Assembly: GCA_964016885.1 (NCBI GenBank)
Contig: OZ024760.1
Coordinates: forward strand, 28,148,001 to 28,212,000
Direction of reading: 5' to 3'
DNA: 64,000 nucleotides
Source of the DNA: Eledone cirrhosa
Taxonomy: Eukaryota
Shown here: positions 1 to 13,494 of the stretch, in pieces
Position numbering within the stretch: position 1 is the stretch's first letter
How the letters are laid out: each line of letters begins with the position of its first letter
Notes under the pieces: model-generated
Seen by the model: only the letters and a program-made list of their open reading frames with translations
The model's database searches: none
Told to the model about the DNA's origin: nothing
Translations under genes and position numbers: made by a program

Positions 1-1150
1 TTCTCTCACTCTCTATATCTCTCTCTCACTTCCATTCTCTCACCCTCTCTCTATCTCTTTCTCACTTCCATTCTCTCACCCTCTCCCTATCTCTTTCTCA
101 CTTCCATTCTCTCACCCTCTTTCTATCTCTCTCTCACTTCCATTCTCTCACCCTCTCTCTATCTCTCACTTCCATTCTCTCACCCTCTCTCTATCTCTCT
201 CTCACTTCCATTCTCTCACTCTCTATATCTCTCTCTCACTTCCATTCTCTCACCCTCTCTCTATCTCTTTCTCACTTCCATTCTCTCACCCTCTCTCTAT
301 CTCTCTCTCACTTCCATTCTCTCACTCTCTATATCTCTTTCTCACTTCCATTCTCTCACCCTCTCTCTATCTCTCTCTCACTTCCATTCTCTCACTCTCT
401 ATATCTCTTTCTCACTTCCATTCTCTCACCCTCTCTCTATCTCTCTCTCACTTCCATTCTCTCACCCTCTCTCTATCTCTCTCTCACTTTCATTCTCTCA
501 CTCTCTCTCTATCTCTCTCTCACTTCCATTCTCTCACCCTCTCTCTATCTCTCTCTCACTTTCATTCTCTCACCCTCTCTCTATCTCTCTCTCACTTCCA
601 TTCTCTCACCCTCTCTCTATCTCTCTCTCACTTTCATATTCTCACCCTCTCTCTATCTCTCTCTCACTTCCATTCTCTCACCCTCTCTCTATCTCTCTCT
701 CACTTCCATTCTCTCACCCTCTCTCTATCTCTTTCTCACTTCCATTCTCTCACCCTCTCTCTATCTCTCTCTCACTTCCATTCTCTCACCCTCTTTCTAT
801 CTCTCTCTCACTTCCATTCTCTCACCCTCTCTCTATCTCTCACTTCCATTCTCTCACCCTCTCTCTATCTCTTTCTCACTTCCATTCTCTCACTCTCTAT
901 ATCTCTCTCTCACTTTCATTCTCTCACTCTCTCTCTATCTCTCTCTCACTTCCATTCTCTCACCCTCTCTCTATCTCTCACTTCCATTCTCTCACCCTCT
1001 CTCTATCTCTCTCTCACTTCCATTCTCTCACCCTCTCTCTATCTCTCTCTCACTTCCATTCTCTCACTCTCTATATCTCTTTCTCACTTCCATTCTCTCA
1101 CCCTCTCTCTATCTCTCTCTCACTTCCATTCTCTCACCCTCTCTCTATCC
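1..1150. repeat. CT-rich minisatellite, ~34-36 bp unit
   Basis: Tandem copies of ttctctcaccctctctctatctctctctcacttcca. Confidence 0.9.
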
Positions 1151-1299
1151 TTCTCTGGAAGAAATCTGCTGTATTCAGACCTGGGCAGGTGATGGTCGGC
1201 ACAAGGTTCTGTCTGTATGCCCTAGAATCACTGTATGCCAATACACCACCCCTACGACATACTCAGGATTTACAGGGTAACACATACATAGTTTTTGGC

Positions 1300-1365
1300 A
1301 GGTACTCTATTTTATGGACATCGGAAGGATGAAAGGCAAAGTCACCTCGTCAACATTCGAACACG
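1300..1365 (-). mobile_element. SINE core fragment
   Basis: Reverse complement resembles the ctttgcctttcatcc...ataaaata..gtacc core of the SINE at 10040. Confidence 0.6.
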
Positions 1366-1428
1366 GAAAGTTTCTGATTTAAGCCCAAGACCGAGAAATT
1401 TAAAGGAGAGAAAAAATTGACTCTATAA

Positions 1429-2486
1429 TAGGGGTGTGCAACATATTCCATTGGTGGGCCACTTTTGAACATTGGAACAACTATTAGGGCCATTAATATT
1501 TATTAAGCACTATTCCAAAGATTCACTACAATTTCTTTCCATAACATGGAACTGGGAAATTATAACACACACAACCCTATCAGTGAAGCCCTTTAGTATA
1601 GGTTAACTGGGAAATTATAACACACATAACCCTATCAGTGAAGCCCTTTAGTATAGGTGAACTGGGAAATTATAACACACATAACCCTATCAGTGAAGCC
1701 CTTTAGTATAGGTGAACTGGGAAATTATAACACACATAACCCTATCAGTGAAGCCCTTTAGTATAGGTCAACTGGGGAAATTATAACACACATAACCCTA
1801 TCAGTGAAGCCCTTTAGTATAGGTGAACTGGGAAATTATAACACACATAACCCTATCAGTGAAGCCCTTTAGTATAGGTGAACTGGGAAATTATAACACA
1901 CATAACCCTATCAGTGAAGCCCTTTAGTATAGGTGAACTGGGAAATTATAACACACATAACCCTATCAGTGAAGCCCTTTAGTATAGGTAAACTGGGAAA
2001 TTATAACACACATAACCCTATCAGTGAAGCCCTTTAGTATAGGTGAACTGGGAAATTATAACACACATAACCCTATCAGTGAAGCCCTTTAGTATAGGTG
2101 AACTGGGAAATTATAACACACATAACCCTATCAGTGAAGCCCTTTAGTATAGGTGAACTGGGAAATTATAACACACATAACCCTATCAGTGAAGCCCTTT
2201 AGTATAGGTCAACTGGGAAATTATAACACACGTAACACTATCAGTGAAGCCCTTTAGTATAGGTCAACTGGGAAACTATAACACACATAACCCTATCAGT
2301 GAAGCCCTTTAGTATAGGTCAACTAACAGAAAACCGTATTACAGTGACGAAAAAAATCCTAAAGAAGCTTACAAGGTAAAAATTAAAACCGGTCATCACG
2401 GGCCTCCCTGACTGGTATGGCGGGCCGGATTGTGTGTGGCCGGATTGTGTGTGGCCAGCTGGCCACCAGTTACACACACGCCCCTG
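1429..2486. mobile_element. Putative non-autonomous hAT/Charlie-like element containing a tandem array
   Basis: Left end taggggtgtgcaac and right end gttacacacacgcccctg form an imperfect TIR; subterminal gggcc/ggccg motifs; no clear 8-bp TSD. Confidence 0.45.
1550..2324. repeat. 55-bp tandem repeat, ~14 near-identical copies
   Basis: Unit aactgggaaattataacacacataaccctatcagtgaagccctttagtataggtg; starts at 1881 and 1936 give the period. Confidence 0.95.
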
Positions 2487-2654
2487 GATTAAATCGACCC
2501 GAGTACCTTACAAAGTTGACTTCGGCGTGATTTGAACTCGGTACGTTAAAACAGTCTGAATATATAACGTGAAACATTTTGTCGGACGCTCTAACGATTC
2601 TGCCAATCCGCTGCCATAACAACAACAATAACAATATCAATAACAATAGACCTT

Positions 2655-3220
2655 CCATCGCCACCACCATCACCACCATTACCACAGCCATCACTACCAC
2701 CTTCGCCACCACTACCACCTTCGCCACCGCCACCCCTTCGCCACCACTACCTTCGCCACCACCAACACCACCACCACCACCTTCACCATCACCATCACCA
2801 CCACCTCCGCCACTACCACCACCACCTTCACCACCACCACCACTACCACCACTACCACTACCACCACCACCCTCACCATCACCACCACCTTCGCCGCCAC
2901 CACCACTACCATCACCAGTACCAACACCACCACCACCACCTCCCCCGCCACCATAACCATAACCATCACCACCACCACCTCCCCCACCACCATCACCATC
3001 ACCACCATCACCATCACCATCACCACCATCACCACCATCACCACCATCACCACTACCACCATCACCACTACCACCACCCTCACCACCACCTTCGCCGCCA
3101 CCACCAATCACCACCATCATCACCATCACCACCACTACCACCACCCTCACCACCACCTTCGCCGCCACCACCACTACCATCATCAGTACCAACACCACCA
3201 CCACCACCACCACCACCACA
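2655..3220. repeat. (CAC/CAT/TAC)n degenerate trinucleotide tract
   Basis: Direct reading; gives rise to the poly-P/T/V/G ORFs. Confidence 0.9.
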
Positions 3221-3843
3221 TCATATCACAATCATAACATTTCTGCCAACACGATCTTATTAGACCTCCCGCTGTCATATTAACAACCCCCATCACATCA
3301 TCTTACCCCGCCTCCCTTATCTTATTACTATCCCCCCCACCACCACCACCACAATTATACCGCCCCCTCCCCCACCCCATTCCCTTCCCCCTAGTTATCG
3401 ATGATGCTATCACCACTGACAGCTCACACACGAAGAAAGCCCCCCCCCCTATTTTACTCTCTCTCCCTCCCTCCCTCTTTTACTCTCTCACTCTCCCTCC
3501 CTCCCTCTTTTACTCTCTCACTCTTTTCCTCTCACTCCCTTCCTCTTCTCCTCCCATTCCACCCCTCTTTTACTGCCACCACTCCCTCTTTTCCTCCTTC
3601 TCTTCTCTCTCCCTCACTCTTTTCCTCTCACTCCCTTCCTCTTCTCCTCCCATTTCACCCCTCTTTTCCTACCACCACTCCCTCTTTTCCTCCCACTCCC
3701 TACCTCCTCTTTTCACTGTTTCTCACAACAACGTGTTTCCTCTCTGCCAGGCTCTTTTGGCTAACTGCCTTAACAACCTTAACACTCTCGTATTTAAGTG
3801 GATAGTAAAGATAGCTATCATTAATAACATATCTAATATATGC

Positions 3844-3845
<2 letters not shown>

Positions 3846-3920
<75 letters not shown>

Positions 3921-4417
3921 TCACCCTCTTCAGGTATCTTCACACACGAGAGAATATGTCCTCTTTGCCAACCACTCTCTCTCTCTCTCTGCTTCTCTCT
4001 CTCTCGCTCGCTCTCTCTCTATCGCTCTCTCTCTCTCTGCTTCTCTCTCTCTCTCGCTCTCTCTCTCTCTCGCTCTCTCTCTCTCGCTCGCTCTATCTCT
4101 CTCTGCTTCTCTCTCTCTCGCGCTCTCTCTCTCTGCTTCTCACTCTCTCTCTGTGCTTCTCACTCTCTCTCTGCTTCTCTCTCTCTTTCTCTCTCTCTCT
4201 CTGCTTCTCTCTCTCTCGCTCTCTCGCTCTCTCTCTCTCGCTCTCTCTCCCTCGCTCTCTCTCTCCCTCGCTCTCGCTCTCCCTCGCTCTCTCTATCTCG
4301 CTCTCTCTCGCTCTCTCTCCTCTCTCTTCCTTCTCTCTCTCCTTTACCGCTATCTCCCTTCTCTCTCCTTTGCCTCCTTCTCTATCTCCTCTCTTTCTCT
4401 CTCCTCTCTCTATCTGC

Positions 4418-4453
<36 letters not shown>
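3846..4453. repeat. (CA)n, (CT)n and (TA)n microsatellites
   Basis: Direct reading. Confidence 0.9.
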
Positions 4454-4456
<3 letters not shown>

Positions 4457-4518
4457 GAGTATTGACGGAGTAAAACACTTTAACAACATGTGCACCTGTC
4501 TCTACCACACCAATTCGG

Positions 4519-4573
4519 ACTGCCTGAAGAGGTCACAGCCAATGATGGTTGTCACCGAAATATATATAGCAGT
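4519..4573 (+). ncRNA. Type I hammerhead ribozyme
   Basis: actgc-CTGAAGA-ggtcacagcc/ggttgtcacc-GAAA-tatata-TA-gcagt; stems I and II pair and stem III is palindromic. Confidence 0.85.
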
Positions 4574-4969
4574 ACATCTTTAATAAACGAAGCCAAATCT
4601 TAAATATTTGACTTAATTATTTTATTTTACATTACTCCGGAGTAACCAAACCAACCTGCGTACTTCGTCGAGTGCTCCAATCTGCATACTGAGGTGTCGG
4701 TAAACAACCAACATATACTCAATATATATATATATATATATACGGGGTAACAAATAATAGTTATATGCAGTCCACTTAGGTGTAGTCCAGTTATGGTACT
4801 CCGAGTAGTGGATGATATCAACGCTTGGCTAAGTTTGACTCAACAAGGCGTTTCCATAGTGATGCTGCGAGTACGCTGTAATTCCTATGTTGTAAACACT
4901 TGGAGTAATAATAAATCAGGAAAGAAGAGTGACACGGTTTGCTATACAAAAAAGGTTTTTAATCTCATT

Positions 4970-5075
4970 GCTGACAATTGTTTCTCTGAACTGGTAGGTC
5001 TAGAGATCGCTATCCGCTTACTTTCGCGTTACTCGATCGCCAATACAAAATTATAACCAGTCAGTTCATCGGAGC
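4970..5075 (-). ncRNA. HHR with CCGATGA core and long stem II
   Basis: gct-CCGATGA-actgactggt...accagttcaga-GAAA-caattg-TC-agc. Confidence 0.65.
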
Positions 5076-5800
5076 TTGCGAGAATGAAGAGAATATACAG
5101 GCTACTATGTCAACCCATAAACTTATCTCTTCTCAGCTGCTGTCATTACTTGATCCTAAATCCAAGAACATTTCAAAATACTACTACAACAGAACTTTAC
5201 CTTCCTCCTGCTATAATTATAGTCAGATGTTTTCTCTTTGTATGTATGTATGTATTTGTATGTGTGTGTGTATATATATGTATATGTTTGTGTGCATGTG
5301 TGTGTGTATATATATGTATATATATATATATATATTACCTCCTTAACCTCTGTATTAACTTGCCCATTATTTAGCTTTGTTAGTGTTGTCTTATACATGT
5401 ATGTTATTGAGGATGAGAAAGATAGACAGCACTCTCATCTAATATAGACCACACAAATTCCACTGCATTGATAAATACTTCATCGGTCAGATAAAAACCG
5501 ACTATTACGTCCACCTGACCTACATTGTTTAAAAAGACCAGCTTATCTTTACACTTGATATAATACACCCTACGACAGTCTTTACATGTCAATTTTATAC
5601 ATCTGCCTCATGTCAGCTAGTTTTACACGCTAAAATCATAGATATAATATACTTCCCACCTAGATTGATGTGATTATTTCAAATAATTTATTGCTAGCAT
5701 TGTTGATATTGTTGTTATTGTTCTAACTGAATGCCATTACTACTACATATAGTAGCCTGTATATTCTTTTCATGCCTGTATATTCTCTTCATTCTCGCAA

Positions 5801-5906
5801 GCTCCGATGAACTGACTGGTTATAATTTTGTATTGGCGATTGAGTAACGCGAAAATAAGCGGATAGCGATCTCTAGACCTACCAGTTCAGGGAAACAATT
5901 GCCAGC
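5801..5906 (+). ncRNA. HHR copy with mutated cleavage triplet (GCC)
   Basis: Inverted twin of 4970-5075 with TC changed to CC. Confidence 0.55.
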
Positions 5907-5956
5907 AATGAGATTAAAAACCTTTTTTGTATAGCAAACCGTGTCACTCTTCTTTC

Positions 5957-6016
<60 letters not shown>

Positions 6017-6140
6017 GGAGGTGAGTTTTATTGTAGTACAATAAAGCAATGCAGATATCGGATAAGAAGCACTCTACAGTTTGTAGGACTGGAGTATACA
6101 TAATATATAAGATCAAAAGATGGTTAAAGGAGTTCCATGT

Positions 6141-6206
6141 ATTTTATTGTGCATTTCAAAAACAAACATCATCATGCAATAATATTTGTGTTTTCATCAG
6201 ATAAAA
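6141..6206 (-). ncRNA. HHR copy in the inverted pLTR, cleavage site deleted
   Basis: GAAA-tgcaca-ataaaat here versus GAAA-tgcgca-TA-ataaaat in the twin. Confidence 0.55.
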
Positions 6207-6350
6207 CAGGAGGACATGATATGAAGGCTAAAAAACACTTGTGGATAGTGCAGTTTTAAATCAACATATGAAAAGTAATTTTAGATTGATGTGTGATATT
6301 GGAAAAATATTTTATTTAGAGAGGGGGGGGGGTGAAAAAAAGGGGAGGAG

Positions 6351-7797
6351 ATGAGAGTGAACTTCGACATCACAATGGGAGCATCCGATTCATCCCAATT
6401 GACTGATTTAATTGGTATCTTTATTTTGAACTCTTTGAGTCGGAATATTCCTCAACTTCGCGGTGGAATTTATCGTGACGATGGACTCTTTACTATCTTA
6501 AATTGCAATATAGTTAACCTTAATATTATTAAGAACAATATACGTAATCTCTTTAACCAACATAACCTAAAAATTGAATTTGATAACAGTATCAAACTAG
6601 CTAATTTCTTGGATGTATCTCTTAATCTTGACACTGGCCTATATTACCCTTACCATAAAAACAATGAGAACCTAAATTATGTTAACTTTAAATCTAACCA
6701 TCCTACCAATATCAAGAATGCTATAGTTAGTAATATTGGAAAAAGAATATCTAACATATCTTCTAATAAAAACATCTTTGATGCTAACGCCAATTACTAT
6801 AATAACGCACTTACTAAAGCCGGCTATCCTGATAAAATCAAATATAGTAAAGAAACAAATTCTAGAAGAACTTACAGTAGAATAATTAATCATGATCATT
6901 CCAATAACCTTAATAAAAGACCTAGATACAAAAACATAATCTGGTATAATGCTCCTTTCTCCATCTCTATTAATAACAATATTCCTAAATTATTCTTTAG
7001 TGCCTTAAATAAATGCTTCCCTCCCTCACATATCTATAGTAAAATATTTAACAAACACACCATAAAATGTTCTTATTCTACATCCTCCAATATTTCCAAC
7101 ATTATCTCTAAACACAACAATAAAATACTAAATACTAAATCTCTTCCTTCCAACACTGAATTTCATAATAACAGTAATAGTACTCCCGACGTCATTGTAA
7201 ACCCTAGGCTAATTTCTGTAAACCCAAATACAACGTCAAACACAACTTCGCTAAATGTTCATAATCCAACTCTAAATCAAGAAACTATTATTCCTATCGC
7301 AAACAACTTCTCCAATCCAATTCCTTCTATTGATAACACTAGGTCACTCATTAATAATCTCTCTAATTGCAACTGCCCTATTAAAAATAAATGTCCTCTC
7401 AACAACCATTGTCTTGATAAAAACTTAATTTATGAATATAAAGTTATAACTAGCACCAAATTCCTTCACCTATTTTGGCTCCACTTCCACCTCTTTTAAA
7501 GCTCGTCTCTATAATCATCATTCATCTTTTAAATACAAACTTAAAAGAACCAACACGGCTCTCTCAGAACTCATATGCTCCTTGAAAGACAAAAACATTA
7601 AATATACCATCTTTTGGAAGAAGGTTTCTTCTGCGTCTTTATACTTGAACAGCTCTCTATCTAAAATCTGTAATCTTTGCCTAAATGAAAAATTTACCAT
7701 TATCTCTAATCTAGATTCTATAATAAATAGACGTACAGATTTGTTTTCTATCTGCTTGCATAAATTCCATAAGACATTTCACAAAGTATACAGCTAA
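6351..7797 (+). pseudogene. PLE reverse transcriptase C-half + GIY-YIG endonuclease, frameshift near 7455
   Basis: FDITMG, GIYRDDG, NFLDVSL, SNHP, CNCx5CPLxxxC, LIY...YFGST, CNLC...CLH motifs. Confidence 0.9.
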
Positions 7798-8611
7798 TAT
7801 TCAATTCTTTATCAATTTAGAATCTTTTCTCAAAGGCACATATACATACACCTCTTTTAAAATATACCCATCTTCCTACCTTACTTCAAAGGGTATTATA
7901 CACTCTATAATACTTGTTTACTCATTACCCTCACTCTATCTTCACCTTGTAAAATCCTTCGTAACATATACATTTGTTTTGACGCCAGATTATTCATCCT
8001 TAATTTATTATTTTTTTCTCCCCATCATCTAACTCATTCTTAATACATATTAACTCTTTCTTCGCACATATTATCAATTCCTTCAATATACAAACCTTAA
8101 CTTCACATTATTTTTCTTAAATCCTTCAATACACAAACCTTAATAATTTTTCTCTTCGTTAATTTTCAAATTTCCATAATACTTGTAAACATACACACAT
8201 TTCTTTTGACGTTAGAATATTCATCCGCAATCCATTATTTTTTTCTCTCTATCATCAAACTGTTTAATCTCAATACATATTAACTCCCTCTCCTTCTTCG
8301 TACATATTTTTCCCTTCGTTAATTTTCAAATTCTTTTAATTTATACATTATCTTCCAACGGTTTTCAACCTCTCTATGTAAAACAATATATCTTTTCTCA
8401 GTTATAAAAACTATCTCTTTCTCTCTATCACCCATCTCTCCCTCTCCACCTTCACTCTCATCTCCTCCCCTTTTTTTCATCCTTTCCACCCCCCCTCTCT
8501 AAATAAAATATTTTTCCCAATATCACACATCAATCTAAAATTACTTTTCATATGTTGATTTAAAACTGCACTATCCACAAGTGTTTTTTAGCCTTCATAT
8601 CATGTCCTCCT

Positions 8612-8680
8612 GTTTTATCTGATGAAAACACAAATATTATTGCATGATGATGTTTGTTTTTGAAATGCGCATAATAAAAT
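8612..8680 (+). ncRNA. Type I HHR in PLE 3' pLTR
   Basis: gttttat-CTGATGA-aaacacaaatattat...atgtttgttttt-GAAA-tgcgca-TA-ataaaat. Confidence 0.85.
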
Positions 8681-8711
8681 ACATGGAACTCCTTTAACCA
8701 TCTTTTGATCT

Positions 8712-8850
<139 letters not shown>

Positions 8851-8962
8851 TGTAAGAATATTTTCCATTTCTCCGAGGGTTCTTAACCCCACTATCAGGC
8901 TAAATAATTTCTTTAATTTCTTTAGTCAAAATACGGCGATAGCTTACATTTCTAATAATAAT

Positions 8963-9029
<67 letters not shown>

Positions 9030-9639
9030 TTCCACGCCAAATTGGCAAACCATACTCGAGGATGCAGATTTCACCGGACAGATTTTCAACCTGTGTATAG
9101 CTCCTGTGAGAACGGAAGTATATATCAGCTGACTGGATTCTGCGCGGCAGATGACGGTAGTTTGGCGACAAGGGAGACAACCCAAATTAGACTGTTGGTG
9201 GGGAGAGAGAAAATTACGTCTGAGTTAGTTCATTCCACGTTAGACCTTTGTTTATCCCAGGTCCCTCCAGAACAGATACTTCGGAATATGAGGGCAGTGA
9301 TTAAAAGACTGACTCTTATGTTAAGGCAAGTACTATTACATAACCACTGCAAGATATTCACTCTTTCATCAGTACACTGTTCCATTTCCGTATGGCCTGG
9401 ATTTGGCTAGAACTTTCCATTAAATAGAGAAATTCAAGCCTGCATCGTTGAGGGACCATATGTGGCTTGTCAGCTTCGTGGACGATCGCTTATCAGAGTA
9501 TCTCAAGGTGGTCTGATGGTTAAAGAATCGTTCTTTAACCGGCTTTCCGACATACCTACATAACAGGCTTTCTGCAATAATATCCGGGTGGGGGAGAGCT
9601 CTTGGCATTTGTGGTGATGTGAGCTTTCATATTTTTAGC

Positions 9640-10270
9640 ACAAGAGTATCCGATGACATACACATGATATGAAAGAGTACTGATGGAATGTTCCAGTAAA
9701 AACCAATAAAATGCAGGCATAACAGACCAGATATAATGATATGGGTCAGAGAAAAGAAGGCATGCACAGTAGTGGAAGTTAGCTGCCCAGCAGATGCCAA
9801 TATAATATCAAAGATTAGCAAAAAGGAGAATATTTATGCAGAACTAATGAAAAATCTACAGGATACTCCACCCTGTTTGTGTACCTTCAGATTTATACCT
9901 GTGATTATTGGGTCACTGGGGTATGTTAGTAACTGCCCCAATACAAATCTTGAGAAGCTGGGCTTCACAGGAACAGAAAGAACACAACTAGTTAGGACAT
10001 TACAAGTACAATCCATTAATGTAACAGTAAAAATCTACAGGGCGGTGGATTGGCAGTATCGGTAGAGGGTCGGACGCCATGCTTTCCAGCATAGTTACAT
10101 CCCTTTACGATCTGAGTTCAAATCCCGCCGAGGTTGACTTTGCCTTTCATCCTTACGGGGTCGATAAAATAAAGTACCGGTAATGCACTGGGTAATTGCT
10201 GGCCTTGTGCCTAAAGTAGAAACAATTAATGTAACAGTAAAAATATGTAAAACATCCAAAAATGTTGTAT
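9640..10270 (+). pseudogene. Degenerate R4/Dong-clade restriction-like endonuclease fragment
   Basis: CRHNRPDIMIW...VVEVSCPAD...FIPVIIGSLG; homologous to the element at 50914-52233; split by a SINE. Confidence 0.75.
10035..10224 (+). mobile_element. tRNA-derived SINE with 20-bp TSD
   Basis: A-box-like tggcagtatcgg, B-box gagttcaaatcc, core gactttgcctttcatcc...gtcgataaaata; TSD attaatgtaacagtaaaaat on both sides. Confidence 0.8.
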
Positions 10271-10944
10271 CTAATATACACATGTACACATGTACAGATA
10301 CAAAGCATATACACATGCACACATACAACTCAAAGCATACACACATACAATAACATCCATACCTGCACACACATACAACTCAAAACACACACCTCCACAC
10401 ATACAATAACATCCATACCTCCACATACATACAACTCAAAACATACACATCCACACATACAATAACATCCATATCTACACATGCAGACATACATATCTAC
10501 CTAGTTGATGTTGTGTAAATTCCAATGAGAGAGTCTTGTGTCTATGTTAGAAACCGGCTCTCTCTCTCTCTATTGGTAAAAATTTATAAAATTTTGAAAC
10601 CAGAACAAACATACATACACACACACACATACATATATGCACCCCCCACACACACACGCACATACATACACACACAAACACACGCGCGCACAAACACACA
10701 CAAATACACACACACACATATGTATATAGATACATACATGCCTCCAGATTATTTTATAGAACCTACATAATTTGACGGCTGCAGCCTGATGACATCGATC
10801 ATCCCTATACCAGTCATTACTACAGGTCAATGCTGGTTTTTCAGGAAAGGTTAACACCTGTTTTGAAGGTCAAATGTGATTTTTGAATTCTGCTTTCTTT
10901 TCCAGTCGTTCTTTAAATTTGCCTGTTTTAAATAACTCTGTAAG

Positions 10945-11290
10945 TCTTTCTCTCTTTCTCTCTTTCTCTCTTTCTCTCTTTCTCTTTCTCTTTTTCTCTC
11001 TTTCTCTTTTTCTCTCTTTCTCTCTTTCTCTTTTTCTCTCTTTCTCTTTTTCTCTCTTTCTCTTTCTCTCTTTCACTTTTTCTCTCTTTCTCTCTTTCTC
11101 TCTTTCTCTCTTTCTCTTTCTCTCTTTCTCTTTTTCTCTCTTTCTCTTTTTCCTTCTTTCTCTCTTTTTCTCTCTTTCTCTTTTTCTTTCTTTCTCTCTT
11201 TCTCTTTTCTCTTTCTCTTTTTCTCTTTCTCTTTCTCTCTTTCTCCTTCTTTCTTTCTCGCTTTCTCTTTTTCTCTGTTTCTCTCTCACT
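10945..11290. repeat. (CTTT/CT)n polypyrimidine tract
   Basis: Direct reading. Confidence 0.9.
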
Positions 11291-12079
11291 CTGTTTTTCT
11301 TTCGTTCCATGAACGTCTCTCCCGCTCTATCCCCCTCCCTGTCTCTCTCTGTCTATCTCTCACTCTTTGCCTTTCTCGCTTTCCCCCTAACTAACTCTCA
11401 CGCTATATCTTTCTTTCACACACACTCTCTCTTTTACCTTCTCTCTCTCTCCCACACCCTATATATATCTTTTATGCTATATCTCTTTCTCACCACGTCC
11501 CTTTCCCTCCCCTCTCTCAATCTCTTTCTCTCTCCCCCTGTCTCTTTCAATCAGTCCCCCCCCCCCAGTAACTCCCAGTATTATATAGCTTAAGAAGGAA
11601 AACGTGATTTTCATTAGTAAGATAGAATAATTGTAAAGCCTTTTGACCCACCAACTCACAGCGCTCCCACCAGCACCAACACCTCCACCACGACAATACT
11701 ACCACCACCACCACTGCTACCAACACCACTATCACCACTTCCACTACCACCACCACCACCACAACTGCCACTACCACTACTACCACCACCACCACTATCA
11801 CCACTATCACCACTACCACCACCACTACCACTACCACCACCACTATCATCACTACCACGACCACTACCACCACCACCACCATCACCACCACCACCACAAC
11901 TGCCACTACCACTATCACCACTACCACCGCCACCACCACCACCACTACCACCATGTACAACAGGAAATGTTAGAGATGAAGAAGGGAAAAAAATATAATT
12001 AATTTTATGGAATATTCATGTTGTGAGGTTTCTCTACTTCTGTTTGCTAAATAAAGTGTATGCTTATATATATATATAA

Positions 12080-12260
12080 GAAGACAGCATATATATGTGT
12101 AGGTATGTATATTCCCTCTGATAGTTTGTACAAATTTTACATAGATCTATATGATATACATACCAACACACACATATATATCCTAGAAACGATCGTAAAA
12201 TGATGAATTTTTTAATATAAGGAACTGTTTCTTTGTTTTTATTCATTATTTTTATTAATT
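12080..12260 (+). mobile_element. 5'-truncated copy of the 23155 HHR family
   Basis: Matches 23165-23349; begins at gaaga inside the core; lies in (TA)n. Confidence 0.75.
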
Positions 12261-12292
12261 TATATATATATATATATATATAAAATTTATTA

Positions 12293-12341
<49 letters not shown>

Positions 12342-12454
12342 TTATTAATTTATATATATATATATATATAAAATCAAGGGAAAGCAAATAAAGTAAAAAT
12401 GTTAAAATAAATTTTAAAAAATTCACTGTACCTACTGTATTAATTACATGTAGG

Positions 12455-12515
<61 letters not shown>

Positions 12516-12562
12516 AATGAATAATAACAGGTAGACATCATAAAAAGATAATTTATTCCGTG

Positions 12563-12674
12563 TGCTTACAAATGTTTCCACGGTGGTACTACAGCCTAGT
12601 TATGCTATGTGCAAATTTACAACTATTTGCAGAACTCAAATATCCAATGCTGTGACCACTGTATCCTCGGAGCA
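12563..12674 (-). ncRNA. HHR with CCGAGGA core and long stem II
   Basis: tgct-CCGAGGA-tacagtggt...accaccgtg-GAAA-catttg-TA-agca. Confidence 0.7.
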
Positions 12675-12781
12675 ATTCTTCCATAACTCGTAGAGAAACC
12701 TCTCACCGTACGTCAACCATATCCAGTGTAGTAATTAACCATTACTACATCTAGGATAATCCTATACCTAATATATATATA

Positions 12782-13099
12782 TATTGTTATACTTTGGGAG
12801 GGTCATGTTGCCAATAAGAAACACACGTACCAGTTGCTTTCACTTCAATTTATTATAATAAATTTATAAATTTAGGAATTTATAAATTTCTGGTTATATA
12901 TAAACAACCATCTGGTTGTGGAACCAACCAACCAACCAGAAATTTATAAATTCCTAAATTTATAAATTTATTATAATAAATTGAAGTGAAAGCAACTGGT
13001 GCGTGTGTTTCTTATTGGCAACATGACCCTCCCAAAGTATAACAATATCGGTTCAACACACGATTTCAGATAAAGAATCTTGCTAAACAAATTCAGAAA

Positions 13100-13102
<3 letters not shown>
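12782..13102. repeat. Near-perfect inverted repeat (12782-12895 / 12934-13047) plus tail
   Basis: Arms are reverse complements; related sequence at 46066-46170. Confidence 0.85.
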
Positions 13103-13136
<34 letters not shown>

Positions 13137-13189
13137 AGAAAAAAAGAGAATCAGTGTTGTGACGAAAGGAATTTATTGGACATATTCCA

Positions 13190-13463
13190 ATTGTTTTACT
13201 CTTTTACCTGTTCCAGCCATCCGGCTGAGGCCATGCTGGGGCACCGCCCTTGTTGCTACACATTTTATCTCCAGCCTGTATTGGTTGGCCACTGGTGTAA
13301 GAGGGAGTTTGTTGCTGCTACCCTTAGGTTTCCTTCGTGCCTTGCTGTGGGTTCATCCGGGATCCTGGATAGCAAGGTGTCGAGATGTTTCTTCAAGACC
13401 TCCACCTCCACACCATGCAGATCTCTCAGATCCCTCGGCAGCTTGTTGAAAAGTTGAGGGCCC

Positions 13464-13464
<1 letters not shown>
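13190..13464 (-). mobile_element. 3' fragment of the CR1/L2-group LINE
   Basis: Closely similar to 25085-25355. Confidence 0.85.

Positions 13465-13492
<28 letters not shown>

Positions 13493-13494
<2 letters not shown>

Larger units (their letters stand above)
4742..5960. mobile_element. Non-coding PLE-type insertion with inverted arms (4917-5110 / 5745-5960)
   Basis: Arms are reverse complements, each carries an HHR, and the unit is bounded by (TA)n. Confidence 0.7.

Noticed and set aside
1550-2324. CRISPR array or tetO array (ccctatcagtga matches part of tetO)
   Set aside because: No unique spacers, eukaryotic context, and only 12 nt match without the tetO palindrome.
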